NCBI GenBank assembly: GCA_977017645.1 | Contig: OZ360223.1 | Coordinates: forward strand, 74,214,001-74,278,000 | Direction: 5' to 3' | From: Torpedo marmorata | Lineage: Eukaryota | Length of the DNA stretch: 64,000 nt | Shown here: positions 52,155 through 64,000 of the stretch, piece by piece | Layout: each line of letters begins with the position of its first letter | Position numbering within the stretch: the stretch's first letter is position 1 | Made by a program: the position numbers and the translations under genes | Notes under the pieces: generated by a model | What the model was told of the DNA's origin: nothing | The model's database searches: none | The model's input: only the letters and a program-made list of their open reading frames with translations

Positions 52155-53415
52155 GGCACTCAGGACATCCCAGTCAATATTGGGGAAATTAAAGTGATTG
52201 CACCTTTCTTACTTTTGATCTCAACCCATATTATCTCAGTGGATGAGTCCTCCAATATGCCCACTCTCAGTGCAGCTGTGGCACTTACCTTGATTAGTAA
52301 TGCAACCCTCCACCTATTTTAACTCCCTCTCTAACCCATCCAAGACTTTACAAACAAGGAATTCACGGCAACAACATTGTTATTCCATGTTCTCATCCAG
52401 GCTCGAAGTTCATCTGCCTTATCCATCGTACTCTTTGTATTATATAAACACATTGTAGTCTATTAATCTGATCAATGCCCCTTCCTTTCGGACTTACTTG
52501 CTGTAACATTGACCACCCCCCAACTCTATATGCTGTCTTCCTGTTCTGGTACTCACCCACCTGCCACTTGAGTTTAAACCCTCCAAGTAACATGAGTGAC
52601 CCTCCCTGAGAGGATATTGACTCCGCTTCAGTTTAGGGGTAACCCATCCCTCTTATACAGTTTTCACCTGCCCTATAAGAGAGCAAGTGATGAACATATC
52701 TGAAGCCCTCCCTCCTGTGCCAGCTCCTTAGCCACATATTGAAATGCACTTTCTTCCTATTTCTTGCCTCACCATTATGAGGTTAAAACCATGGATGTTC
52801 TGCTTTTTAAATATACAACCAAACTTCCTAAATTCATTCTGCAAGACCCCATCTCCCTTCCTACCAATATGGACCAAGACCACCCTGCCTCTTCCGGAAT
52901 GTCCTGTAGCTGCTCAGAGGCATCCTTAATCCTGGCACAAGGGAGGCATACGTCATCCTGGAGTCTCACTTGTGGCCATAGAAATGTCCATCTGTGCCCC
53001 AGCTATTTAGCCCCCATCACAATCACTCTGCCTGACTTCACCCTTCCCTGTTGTATCACAGAGCATGGTGCCACTGACCTGGTGTTGCTGTTACCCTCTG
53101 ATGGGGCATCCCCGAAAACAACATCCAAAACAAGTATCGAGGGGAATGGTTGCAGGAGAGTCCTGCACTGTCTGCCTTCTCCATTTACCTCTCCCAGTGG
53201 TCGCCCGTCCCTGGGTGTGGCTCTATCACCAGAACTCATATCTTTGATCCTCTTTGCTTCCCAGATAATCTTGAGTTTGCCCAACTCCAGCTCCAATTCA
53301 TCAACTCAGTCACTAAGGAGCTGCAGCTGGATGCACTTCCCACAGCCATTGACACCAGGGACAGTGAAATTTTCCCTGATAACCTACATTCTGCAGGAGG
53401 TGCATACCTTATGAC
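52155..53415 (-). mobile_element. CR1 ORF1 (Zn finger/coiled coil + SGNH) and EN remnant
   Basis: CIQLQLL..ELELELGKLKIIWEA, RVIVMG, DSRM motifs. Confidence 0.75.
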
Positions 53416-54798
53416 AATACAGCTATTAATCTGTTAAGGTTAGCTAAATTGCAAATTTACAGCCTCCCTGCTTTTAATAGCACTGAGAGAGATGGTTATG
53501 TAGAGAGTGATTGAATATCAGGTATGGATATTTTAAGAAGATCACATACCTTTAAGTGTAAAACCACTTAAATGGACTGAATAATTCTGCCAAAGTGAGG
53601 AAGTGAATACCTCATAGCTCTGTCACTAGCGGAGGTATTATTTGCCCTTCAGTAAAAGTTGTTCAGTCTTTTGCAGCTTTGATTGTGAGGCATAGTTCTG
53701 GCTTTCAGAAGTGAAGAATGGACTGTAACTTCTTGACAATTGAGTTTCTAAGCCAGATAGTGCATGGCGATGGTCCATTATTTTCCAATAATAATCTCCC
53801 TGTTTACAAGAGGTGTGTATGGAGCAAATTCCTGAAAATAAGCTCTGTTCATTATTTGATTCTGACAGCATACTCGTAAAGGACATGCATACATTCCGCC
53901 AACATTTCTCCCTCTGCCATCTGCTCTGCACACATGCAGCAAACAATGACCAAGTAATTAAACCTCCACATACATAGTTCAAGGTACTTCAAAAGAAGTA
54001 CATGCACCACAAACTCATCTTCAGGGCCCTGGTAAATGCACTGAAATCTTCATTATCAAAGTGCTCAACTTCACCCTCTGAACCAGGAACAGGTATTCCA
54101 CAAGATCCAACTGTCTGTGCCAAGTAACATGTGAAATATTACAGAAAACATACTCTTGTTTCACAAAGAAAGCAAATGGAGAGAAACATTACTGCATTCA
54201 AGTTTGGGAGGTTCTGAATGCACAAAAATCTGAAATTTTCTCATACTTTTAATAGCCTCTCAAAAGTTGTGGAAATGTGCACTGCTCACTCTTCATTTTG
54301 ACTCAGCATATTCCAAATGCTGGGAAGCACAGGTCTTTGATGTCTATCAGCAGAACAGTCAAGCAGAGGTGCATAGCTGGAGTGTTGCCTCCTAAAGCTT
54401 GCCCCACTCTATCATCAATGACTCAGCCGAGAGCTATAAATAGAAGAATGGCTCCTTGCTCATGTTGAAGGAGATAGTTACAGGCATCACAGCACACCTT
54501 CCCCACCTTCCTTGGTTTATCTCTTAGGCCCACTCTGCAGTTCCATTGGATCTGTTCAGAAGGAACCTTGGGCAAGAGGTTATGTGCAAAAATGTTATTG
54601 CTCATCACTGCAAGTTGCAGTGCTGATTTTCCAGACTTCCCTGCAGCAGACTATAGATGAAAGTGAAAATTTCCCTGAGAGAGTAGTGGAATCTGGGGAT
54701 CATTCGTTCGATAATACAATTTTATTATCACCATGAATTAATGTAGAATTTGTGTAAATAGTTGCTTGATGGTTGATGAGGGCATAGTGGGACAACAT

Positions 54799-56612
54799 GA
54801 GACACAGCACTACCCCGCAGGGTCCTACCACCCAGCCCGACTGCCGATGGCTCCCTACAGGCTTTAAACGTCCTGTTAAAGAGCCAACAGTGTTTTATTT
54901 AAAATCCTGCACTGTGGGGTCGAGGGCCAAGAGGGCGGCACCTGTGAACCCCCTGAATGGGCCTTGAGGGGGTTGCGGACTCCGGGCAAGCAGTGGACCG
55001 GTGCAAGGCACCAGTAATTGGGAGAACACCCACCCCGTTCAGAAGGAGAAGCAGAGGAGTCGGCCCTAAGGATGGTGAAAATGGTGGCGGACCAATGAGG
55101 GGGTCTGTGGCTGAAGGACACACACAGGCAGTGAGCTGTTGGCAACTTGCGGCCAAGGAACCCACACAGGCTAGGGGCTGCTGGCAACTTGAGGTTTAAT
55201 GGCTCACACCAGTCTGTTGGCTGCTGGAGTTTAAGACTCCAGTGCTGGAGACTGGCTCATGAGAACTAGGTATCAGAACCAGGAGTTAAGATGATGCTGA
55301 GGGCAAGGAGGGCTCCCTAATGGTCCTGGGTGCTGGAGGCTTCCTCGTCGTGTTGGAGGTTTGGATCTGGACTCGGGTTGCTAATGGTTTGAACTGAACT
55401 GGAGTCCTTGACTTTCTCATTGGAAGACCACAGTCAGTATGAATTGGAAACAACATCTCCTCCTCACTGATTATCAACACAGGCGCACCCCAAGGATGCA
55501 TGTTTAGCCCACTGCTCTACTCATTATACACCCATGACTGTGTGGCCAAGCACAATTCCAATGCCATCTACAAGTTTGCCGATGACACCACAGTTGTCGG
55601 CAGAATCACAAACGGCAATGAGGAAGTGTACAGGAGGGAGATAGATCAGCTCATTGAATGGTGTAATGACAACAACCTTGTGCTCAACGTCAGCAAAATG
55701 AAGGAGATGATTGTGGACTTCAGGAGGAAGTCAGGGGAACACGACCCAGTCCTCATCGAGGGCTCAGTAGTAGAGAGGGTCAAGAACTTCAAATTACTGG
55801 GTGTCAACATCTGTACTGGTGCAATCACAAAGAAGGCTCGTCAGCGGCTATACTTTGTGAGGTGTCTGAGGAGATTTGGTATGTCACCGAAGACTCTCGT
55901 AAACTTCTACAGGTGTACCGTGGAGAGCATTCTGGCTGGTTGCATCACTGCTTGGTATGGAGGCGCCAACTCTCAGGACAAGAATATACTCCAGAGGGTT
56001 TTTAACTTGACCTGTGACATCACAGGCACCAGACTTCACTCCATCGAGGATATCTACAAGAGGTGGTATCTTTAAAAAGCAGCCTCTGTCCTCAAAGACC
56101 TCCACCACCCAGGCCATGCCCTCTTCACTCTGCTACCATCAGGAAAAAGGTACAGGAGCCTAAAGATGACCACTCAACGGCACAAGGACAGCTTCTTCCC
56201 CGCTGCCATCAGATTCCTGAATAATCAATGAACCAAAGACACTGCCTTACTTTTTGTGCACTATTATTTATATATTTTTTATAGTAATGTCGTAAGATGG
56301 TAATAATATGAATATTTGCACTATGATGCTGCCGCAAAACACCGAATTTCATGACTTGTTCATGACAATAAATTCTGATTCTGAGTCTTGTGTGGCTGCA
56401 GAGACTGTGAGAGCGCTGGAGGCGAATTTAGGGACTCTCGGTGACTCTGGGGGGCTCTCTTTTGCTTCTTTTTCTCTGACTGTAAGGGGAGCTGCGCAAT
56501 GTTAATGCAAATGACAAGTCTTTGTCTGCCTTATGGCAGACTAAAGGCAATTTTGTGTAATACTGTATTACATTTCTGTTTTATTACATGACAATAAATA
56601 GTATCTCATCTG
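54799..56612 (+). mobile_element. ORF-less retroposon (copy 1) split by a Rex1 insertion
   Basis: Colinear with the reverse complement of 61688-62510; ends tgacaataaa. Confidence 0.75.
55407..56382 (+). mobile_element. 5'-truncated Rex1 LINE, same subfamily as 14719-17143
   Basis: Near-identical RT C-terminus and 3' UTR; tail aattctgattct; TSD gagtc at 55402-55406 and 56383-56387. Confidence 0.92.
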
Positions 56613-56897
56613 ATATATAGTGCAACAGTGTGAAAGACCAACTATTTTTCTGAGTCAGAAAAATACAACTCAATTTCAATTTTCAACGTTCTACATGAGT
56701 ACTGCATGACAGATGGTAAGAGTCATAGAACATGGAAAAAGGCCCTTTGGCCCACTATTTCCAGACCAACTATCATGCATCCTTTTCAACAAATTCTACG
56801 TTCATACAATTTTATTCTTCCCACATACCCATGAACTGCCTCCAGATTGCACAACTCTCTTTGGGGAATTTACAATGGCAAAATAACCTTCTAACCT

Positions 56898-57532
56898 TGT
56901 ATTGAGGAGGGTCATGGCTGTCACGTGACAGCACTGCCCATTAACTGGTCGGAAGACACTCCATCTGTCAATTAAGGTTTGGCTCCGCCCCACCCATCAG
57001 TGCACACCTGACCATTGGCCCCTTGAAGTACCTTTGTACTTGGTCTTGGGCCATTGGCCTTTGTAATCAATTAGACCTTGCTAGCACCGAGCCATTGGCC
57101 CCCTGTAGATTACCTGGGCTGGACTCCCCAGCCCTCCAGTACTATAAAGGGCTTGCCTCTTTCTCTCTTTGCCATCTCCGAGGGACCACCCTGCTTCACT
57201 CCAGGCTGAGTACCGTGGAACGGCGCTGGAGAAATCGTTTGGTAAGGTGTGCACTAATAAAGGGTTGGGAAGCATCTTAGTTAGTGTCCTGAGTAGCAGA
57301 GAGCCATGCCTGCACTGAGTCAAGGGGTGGCGGGTATTGTTTCTTTTCCTTGATTGTATGTAACAGCACTGTGTACTCTAGTTCCTTGTTGTGTGTGTGT
57401 GCGCGCGTGCGCACTTTATCCCTGTTGCGATCTTCCCACGCGCATCTTCTTTAAATAAAGTCATTTACTGTCAGACTGTGTTCAGAGTCCTTGCTTTTGA
57501 GACCCATCGAATCTGTTCCCTCACTCACAACA
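56898..57532 (+). mobile_element. Solo LTR inserted in an old SINE
   Basis: tgtattgag...ctcacaaca, TSD AACCT (56893-56897 / 57533-57537), TATAAA ~57144, AATAAA ~57454. Confidence 0.88.
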
Positions 57533-58147
57533 AACCTATAAATCAAAAACAAAAGCTCGAACACAATCAATATTGTTGTGCACATCATTAGGAGCATGTA
57601 ATTAAGTAATGAAAATAAATAGCTGACAAAAAAATTGCATTTAAACCACCCACTCTTGGACTTCTGGTTTAAAAAAAAAAGGAATTGAAACATTTTCAGT
57701 CTGAAATCTTTTTGGGTATGAAAGCGAAATGTGTGCTTTTTCTGTCCATTTTGATGAATTAGTCACAAAAAATGCACGAAGCTGAAATGCAATATTACTG
57801 CAAAGCTAATTTGAAATGGACTTAAGATGTGGTAAAGTTGGAGATGTGGGGCAATTTCTGTGCATGTGAAATGCGTCAACTTTACTTTTGCAATTTACAT
57901 AAATCATTATTATTTTAATCACATACATTTGTAAGTTACAATAAGTGATTCTACCTGCAAATGATTTCATGTTTTTTTTTCCAATTGATCTGGGTTACTT
58001 ACAGAGAATATTTCTGCTGTAATTGCTGGTGGATCAGATGAGACTCTAAGCATTCACATTTGGATCTTGGATTTGAACAAGAGTAAAGTTTTGCCATTCC
58101 ATGAAATATCAAGGTATTTAAATGCAATATTTAAGGTTTGTCTAAAG

Positions 58148-58522
58148 CAGTGGTTTTCAAACTGCCCCCCTAAACTCTCATTCCACCTTAAGCAATCCCT
58201 ATGCCATAAGTGCTCTGTGATTGGTAAGGGGTTGCTTAAGGTGGTATGTGAGTGTGAAGGGAAGGTTGAGAACCACTGCTATAGACCCAATTATTACTGA
58301 AATATTTTGCTTGAGAAAAATTTGTCATTGGCCCATTTCCTTTGGAGTTATGAAACCATGCACATAACGAGTCAATTAGGTATGATTAAAACAGTGTTTT
58401 TCAAACTTTTTCTTTCCACTAACATACTACCTTAAGCATCCCTTACTAATCACAGAGCACTTATGGCATAGGGATTGCTTAAGGTGGAATGTGAGTTTAG
58501 GGGGGCAGTTTGAAAACCACTG
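58148..58522. mobile_element. Composite hAT-Charlie-type MITE: two inverted 131-bp units plus a 113-bp spacer
   Basis: TIR cagtggttttcaaac; perfect 8-bp TSD gtctaaag at 58140-58147 and 58523-58530. Confidence 0.92.
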
Positions 58523-58841
58523 GTCTAAAGTTAGTCTACAGAATACAGATCAAATCTGCTGACTAAAACTGACCTCAATTTCACTGTGGCAATGACAAAG
58601 AAAACAGAAAATTCTCAGTGAATGTCCACATGATAATTCTTCAACTGCTTAATTAAGAAATTATTTTTTTTTGTTCTATGCATCTTCAAAAAACTGAAAT
58701 AATCATAAACAATTATGAGATCATCACATTGCTTTCTTTGGAAAAATTGTAACACAAGTGCCTACAACTTGAAAAATACACCATAAGCTTTGAAACATGC
58801 TGAGAACATAAGAAAGATAAAAGAAATCCAAATCTACCACA

Positions 58842-59920
58842 CATCAGAATCAGAATCAATTTATCGTCGTTCACACTACATACATAGCATAAAACAAAAA
58901 TAAGTATCCCCGAACAGTGCCCATAAATCACAAGACAATGCCTCTGACAAACAAGACAAAACAAGACTAACCAAGACAGCCCCTGCACGCCACTCAGCCT
59001 ATCCAGGAAGCCACTGCGGATTTACGCGCTGCCATCCCAAACAAGCGAGCAGCAAACATGAGCACCAGACAAAACATATGACCAAGCCCAAACCACTTAC
59101 CCGCCACGATCTACGAGTCGCCATCTTAAGCACGTTTGCAGTAAGGACACACTAAACAACACAAAAATCACAAGAGACACCAAATACACGAATAACCCCC
59201 CTCGTTACTGCACAGTGACTACAATACAGCAATCAGTAGGACTAGACAATAGCCTCTACTGCAACAACATAGTAGTGGGCAAGATGTTAAACATCCACTA
59301 GTTACAGCACAGACCCGCCACCCAGTCCATTTAATCCCAGAGTTCCTCAGAGTTCAGTGTCCCCGCGCCATTGTCCAGAAGGGGAGAACCCCCACACTGT
59401 ATCCATGGCCGCCAATGTCGCCACCGTCTCCCTCCAACACTGCACTCCGAAGTGCCCGCTATGACCGGTAGTCCCGTTGTCCGCCCCGGCCGACCTCGCC
59501 ATCGTACTCCTCTGTTGGTCTCCGCAACGTTCTCCAGTCCTCTCAGCCGCAGCTCTCCGTGAGTGCCTGCGTGGAATGGGTCCCAACTCCCGTTCCTCCA
59601 AGCTCCAACCTGGTCGTTCTGCCACCGACTTCTGAACCCGTCCTCTGCCACCCATACCTCGCACCGCATCCTGTCCTCGGCCGCCGACGCCACTCGACAC
59701 CGCGTACTGGAGGCCTGCTACTGCAGTGGTGGGCTGGTCCGTCAGCAGTGCCCGGGGACCTCACCCAGAGGTACCCCAGTGCTGTTGTTGGGTTCCAGAT
59801 GATCCCCATTTGTCCAATCCTCCAGTTTGTTGATTGTGCACGGTTCTCAACTTAACAAACAACGTGCACATGCCCGGAGGAGCCGCTGCGAGATGCTCGC
59901 GCCGCCGCCATCTTGGGACA
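58842..59920 (-). mobile_element. ORF-less Rex1-tailed retroposon (~1.08 kb)
   Basis: 5' tcccaagatggcggcggcgcgagc; 3' ataaattgattctgattctgat tail; CpG-rich, no RT. Confidence 0.75.
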
Positions 59921-59960
59921 ATCTTGGGACAAGGATGTTGCTCATCACATCAAATTTGGT

Positions 59961-60130
59961 GGTAAACAAAAACATCTGCAGATGCTGATGTCCAGTGGTG
60001 TACACAAAAGTGCAGCAGAAACTCAGCAGGTCACGAATTCATGAAGGGCTCAGGCCCAAAACATTGACTGCTTTTTACTTTCCATGGATGCTGTGTGACC
60101 TGCTGAGTTTCTCCAGCATTTTTGTGCACT
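59961..60130. mobile_element. Inverted Penelope pLTR pair with 14-bp TSD
   Basis: acatcaaatttggt at 59947-59960 and 60131-60144; arms agaaactcagcaggtcac / gtgacctgctgagtttct. Confidence 0.82.
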
Positions 60131-61687
60131 ACATCAAATTTGGTAGCTCTTTTGGTACAAATTAATTTCATCCACTTACATATTTAAAACATGTTAACGT
60201 CTCCACAAGAATACCCTTTTCTCTTGACAGGGTGTCTTATCTAAAATCTCAGTCTCATGACACCTCACCTATTTTTCACTCAAAGCCAGACAAAAATATT
60301 GACAAAATAATTGACAGTGGGAAATATCGTCAACCCACACAATCATATATGATGTCCACCCAAAGTTCATTCCTGCCTAATTTTGAATACAAATCACGAG
60401 GCACCAATTATCAGCAGGAACATTTGATGAATCATTTAATCCATAGCCTATGAATACAGAGACAAATGTTATATCCCTTGAATATATCAGCTGGGACCTG
60501 CATGGCTCAGTAACGTATCACGTATGAACAAGACAATCAAGGGAGCTCTTGCTAACAAGAACTGTGAATGAAAATTAAGCTGCAGAAATATTTTATTTTC
60601 ACCTACTCAACCCAAATCAAAGTTTGTTTTTCAACACAATTTGAAAATACATTCTGTAGGCTAATCATACTCCAAGTTTTATTTTACTGCACCTGCCTGG
60701 TGCACAACCTGAATGTTTGGGGATAAATGTTGTGCTTCAAATTGTGCTGAAGGATAGGTGCTTTGGAGTCATGGGCTCCAATAAGTTGATGTTAATTCAC
60801 TAATTTGTATCCTCTTTGAGCCCTCCAGTCCTTTTAGAGGGAAGGGGGTGGGGAAGAAGAACAATTTCTGGGCTGGCCATGACATTTCTGTGTCCAATTA
60901 CAGCCATCATGATATAATAGTATCACACCAGATGAGAAATTGAATTAGAGTAAATGTACTCTTGAGCACTTTTTTTGTGCACCAATTGCCCATAATGCAT
61001 GTTTTTGGAAAGCTTTGCACAATTTCTACATACTTTAGGTTGAAGAAACATCCTCAGAAATTTGGCATTACGGCAGGAATTGCCCAGTCTAATGTCATTG
61101 CTCTTAACATCTTTTAAATGAAATGTCATTGAGAACAATTTGTATTATTTTAAACAATATAAATTATATCAAAATTCCTTGATTAAGTCAGGTTCAACAA
61201 GGAGTGCATTATATTGAAAATCATGCCGTTTAACATGTCCTGCAGGATAGCTTTCTTCTATTAAAACTCATTCTTTGACATTTTATTTCTGTGAAAATAT
61301 GTTGCTATCCATCCTTGGTACAGAATTAGGCTTCAGTAATTGCAGATGCCTCAACCTGTCAACAGATGCTGGGCTGCAGTTGATGATAGAGGGTCAGGAG
61401 CACCCACAGCCACAAAGCACAGTCAACCAATTCCATGCTCAAAGACAAGTCCCCAGAAACTCTCAATGTTATTTGCTTCTCTCCCTTGCACCACTGTTTT
61501 ATTTATGAATCACCAAAGTTCCTTTGACCTCATCTTTCCAACAACCTGAAATTTACAAGGAGATATCTGCTCAACAGTGCCAACCCAGAATTCAAGTGCC
61601 ATTGCTCCTGCAAGCCAATGCAACAGCAGAATGTGAAAAATGCATAGGTTGGATTTCAAGAGTTCTTCAAGAATGCAAAATCATGAT

Positions 61688-62510
61688 TTCAAGGTTCATG
61701 GTTCAAGGTTCCTTTTATTGTCACATAATACAGTACATTTAAAGTGTTTAATATACCTGATATATTTTAACTTTTGTCTGCCGTAAAACAAACGAAGAGT
61801 TGCCATAAGCCCGGCTCCCCAAACAATAGAAGAAAAAGAGAGTCCCTTCAGAGATACTGAGTGTCCGTGGATTTGCCTCCAGCGCTCCCGCAGCCTCTGC
61901 AGCCGCACAGACTCCAGTTCAAACCATGGGCAACCCAAGCTCCATTTCCAAACCTCCAATACAACCAGGAAGCCTTCAGTGCTTGAGGCCCTTCGGGAGC
62001 CCTTATTGCTGTCAGCACCCTCTCGAATCCCAGCTCCTTTATCTGGTTGCCTAGAGTCATTTTCCAGCAGCCCGCAGCTCGTGGGGGTCCCCTGATCGCA
62101 AGTCGCCTGCAGTCTGTGTGGGTCCTTCAGCCACTGAGGCCCTTGTTGGTCTGCTTCCTTGGTCACCGTCCTGTAGGGTCGTCTCCTCTGCTTCTCCTTC
62201 TCACCAGGGATTGTTCTCCCCAAACCTGGTGCCCTAAGCAGGTCTGCTGCTCCCCCGAGTCTGAAATCCCTCGTGGCCGCTGCCGAGCACAGGTGCCGCC
62301 ATCTTGGGCACAGACCTAGTAGTTGCAGGATTTTACTTACAAACACCACTGGCTTCTTTAACAGGCCGTTTAAAGCCTGTACAGAGTCACCGGCATTAGA
62401 ACCGAGCGGTTGAACCCTTCAGAGCAGCGCTGTGTCTGCGCTCTCTGCTCTCCTGGGTTTGCACCAGCGGCAGCACTGCTGTTACAGCAGCTTTGGCAGC
62501 ATCGCCATTT
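61688..62510 (-). mobile_element. ORF-less retroposon (copy 2)
   Basis: 5' aaaatggcgatg, internal caagatggcggc, 3' tgacaataaaagg + (aaccttg)n-like tail. Confidence 0.78.
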
Positions 62511-62689
62511 TTTTCCTTTACTTCCTTGAAGTAAGGATGTTGCAGTTTTGCTTTTGGTTTGGTGGTATCTTCCAGTGCTACACCAAAAATAAGTATAATT
62601 CAATTATCAAAGGTTCGCAGAGTAACACCTCTCCAGCCCATTGTTTCTATAAGAAGCATCAAGCACAATTTACAAAAACCACACGCTGA

Positions 62690-62890
62690 TCTCACTTTAC
62701 CCTCCCATACACATCAATTAACTTACCAAGCTGCACATTTTTTTTTGGGGATGTGGGAGGAAGCCAGAAAACGTGGAGGAAACCAACAGAACATGCAAAC
62801 TCCATGTACATGGCATTGGAAGCCAGGACTCGGGTCACTGCAGTTGTTAGAAAGCAGCTCTACTCAGTGCTTCCTTGTACCATGCTACAC
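62690..62890 (-). mobile_element. Old V-SINE remnant
   Basis: ttggggatgtgggaggaagccaga..ggaggaaacc..agaacatgcaaactcca. Confidence 0.6.
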
Positions 62891-63189
62891 TATCTCCTAT
62901 CATCCATCTCCTCTGGAAAGGGATTGCTTATTGTCACTGACATCAACTTTGTTTTGGAAATTTTAAAGCCATAATTTGCATGTGATATGTCATAGAAAAA
63001 TAAGGCAATGAAGTAAGACAGCAACAGGAAAAATTAAGAAGGTAATAAGAGAACAAAACTAAGATGAAACAAGCAGGATTAAAAGTCAGATGGAAAGAAC
63101 AACTGAAACATGAATGAGAAGATGGAATTCACTGTCATAGTCAGTGATACTGAAATAAATAACAACCGACCCAAAAACTATTCTAAGCA

Positions 63190-63660
63190 CCAATATTTTT
63201 CTCATAGTTGGGTACTGATTCTCCTATATCCCATGCATTCTATAAAATCATCTTGCTTACAAGATCTTGTCCCTCAGCTGATTATCCTGGTGACTACGTT
63301 ACTTCCTTTCTTGTCTCCCATGTTAATTGACACGGTTTTTTGTTCTCTCCCCTTGGGTTATTATCGTGTTCTCTTTCAAATCACTCATCATCATCACATC
63401 ACTGCTCAAAAAAGCAACCTTTGAATCTGTCCTTTTGAATTCATGTCTCACCTCCAACCTCTCTTTCATTTCCAGGCTTTGAACACATTTTAGTCAAGTA
63501 GATAATATCAAGCTTCTCAGGATTCCATTTTTGAAACATTCCTCTTTGGCTTTCGTTTGTCCAAATTCAACAATATATCCTGTATGACAGTGTCAAAAGT
63601 AAAGCATCTCTTCTCCTTCTTCTCAATCTTTTTTCAGCTTTTGACATGGTTAATCACACC
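63190..63660 (+). mobile_element. Decayed L2-type RT remnant
   Basis: LLLLLNLFSAFDMVNH-like (L2 LDLSAAFDTVDH) and SNLSFIS-like motifs. Confidence 0.6.
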
Positions 63661-64000
63661 AGCCACCCGAGTTATTCCAAGTCTGGTTAATCAATCAGCC
63701 TTGTTCTCATTGATAAATGTTGGCTCCCAAATATGCAAGACCTTGATTTAAAAAAAACTCCTTTTTTATATAATCCATTAAGGCCTTGCTCTATCCATTG
63801 CTAAAATCTTCTCCAGCTGTACAACTCATCGAGTTATGTTTTCCTCGATTTCTTGTCTCTTTGGCATAACATGCCTGCAGTTGCCAAGGCTCTAGCTTTG
63901 GAATATATTGAAACATATCGAAACATAGTGCCATGGAAGACAGATCTATCCCTATCGATACAGGATCTACTTGGGTTAACCCCACTTTACAGTTACCAGC

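Noticed and set aside
59331-59855. Overlapping GC-rich ORFs on both strands (similarly 61696-62349)
   Set aside because: Explained by high GC in non-coding retroposons; no protein motifs

Overview
Vertebrate nuclear DNA, most likely a cartilaginous fish (shark/ray), judged from its HE1/V-SINE, CR1, Penelope and Rex1 repeats. The window is almost entirely intron of a minus-strand contactin gene (CNTN3/4/6 group, closest to CNTN3); only one 96-bp coding exon is present (12562-12657). The rest is nested, decayed transposons: CR1, L1/Tx1-like, Rex1/Babar, L2, Penelope pieces with hammerhead-like motifs, V-SINEs, Tigger- and hAT-type MITEs, solo LTRs, a Gmr1-type Gypsy provirus missing its RT core, and a BEL/Pao-derived provirus. 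The BEL element (35224-40383; two LTRs, AATAG TSD, PPT) stands out. It has no RT, RNase H or integrase. Its gag starts with a SAFB-like SAP domain, and the frame after the protease contains about 90 codons that look like a captured piece of the host gene MIPOL1. All homology calls are by eye against remembered sequences and need database confirmation.
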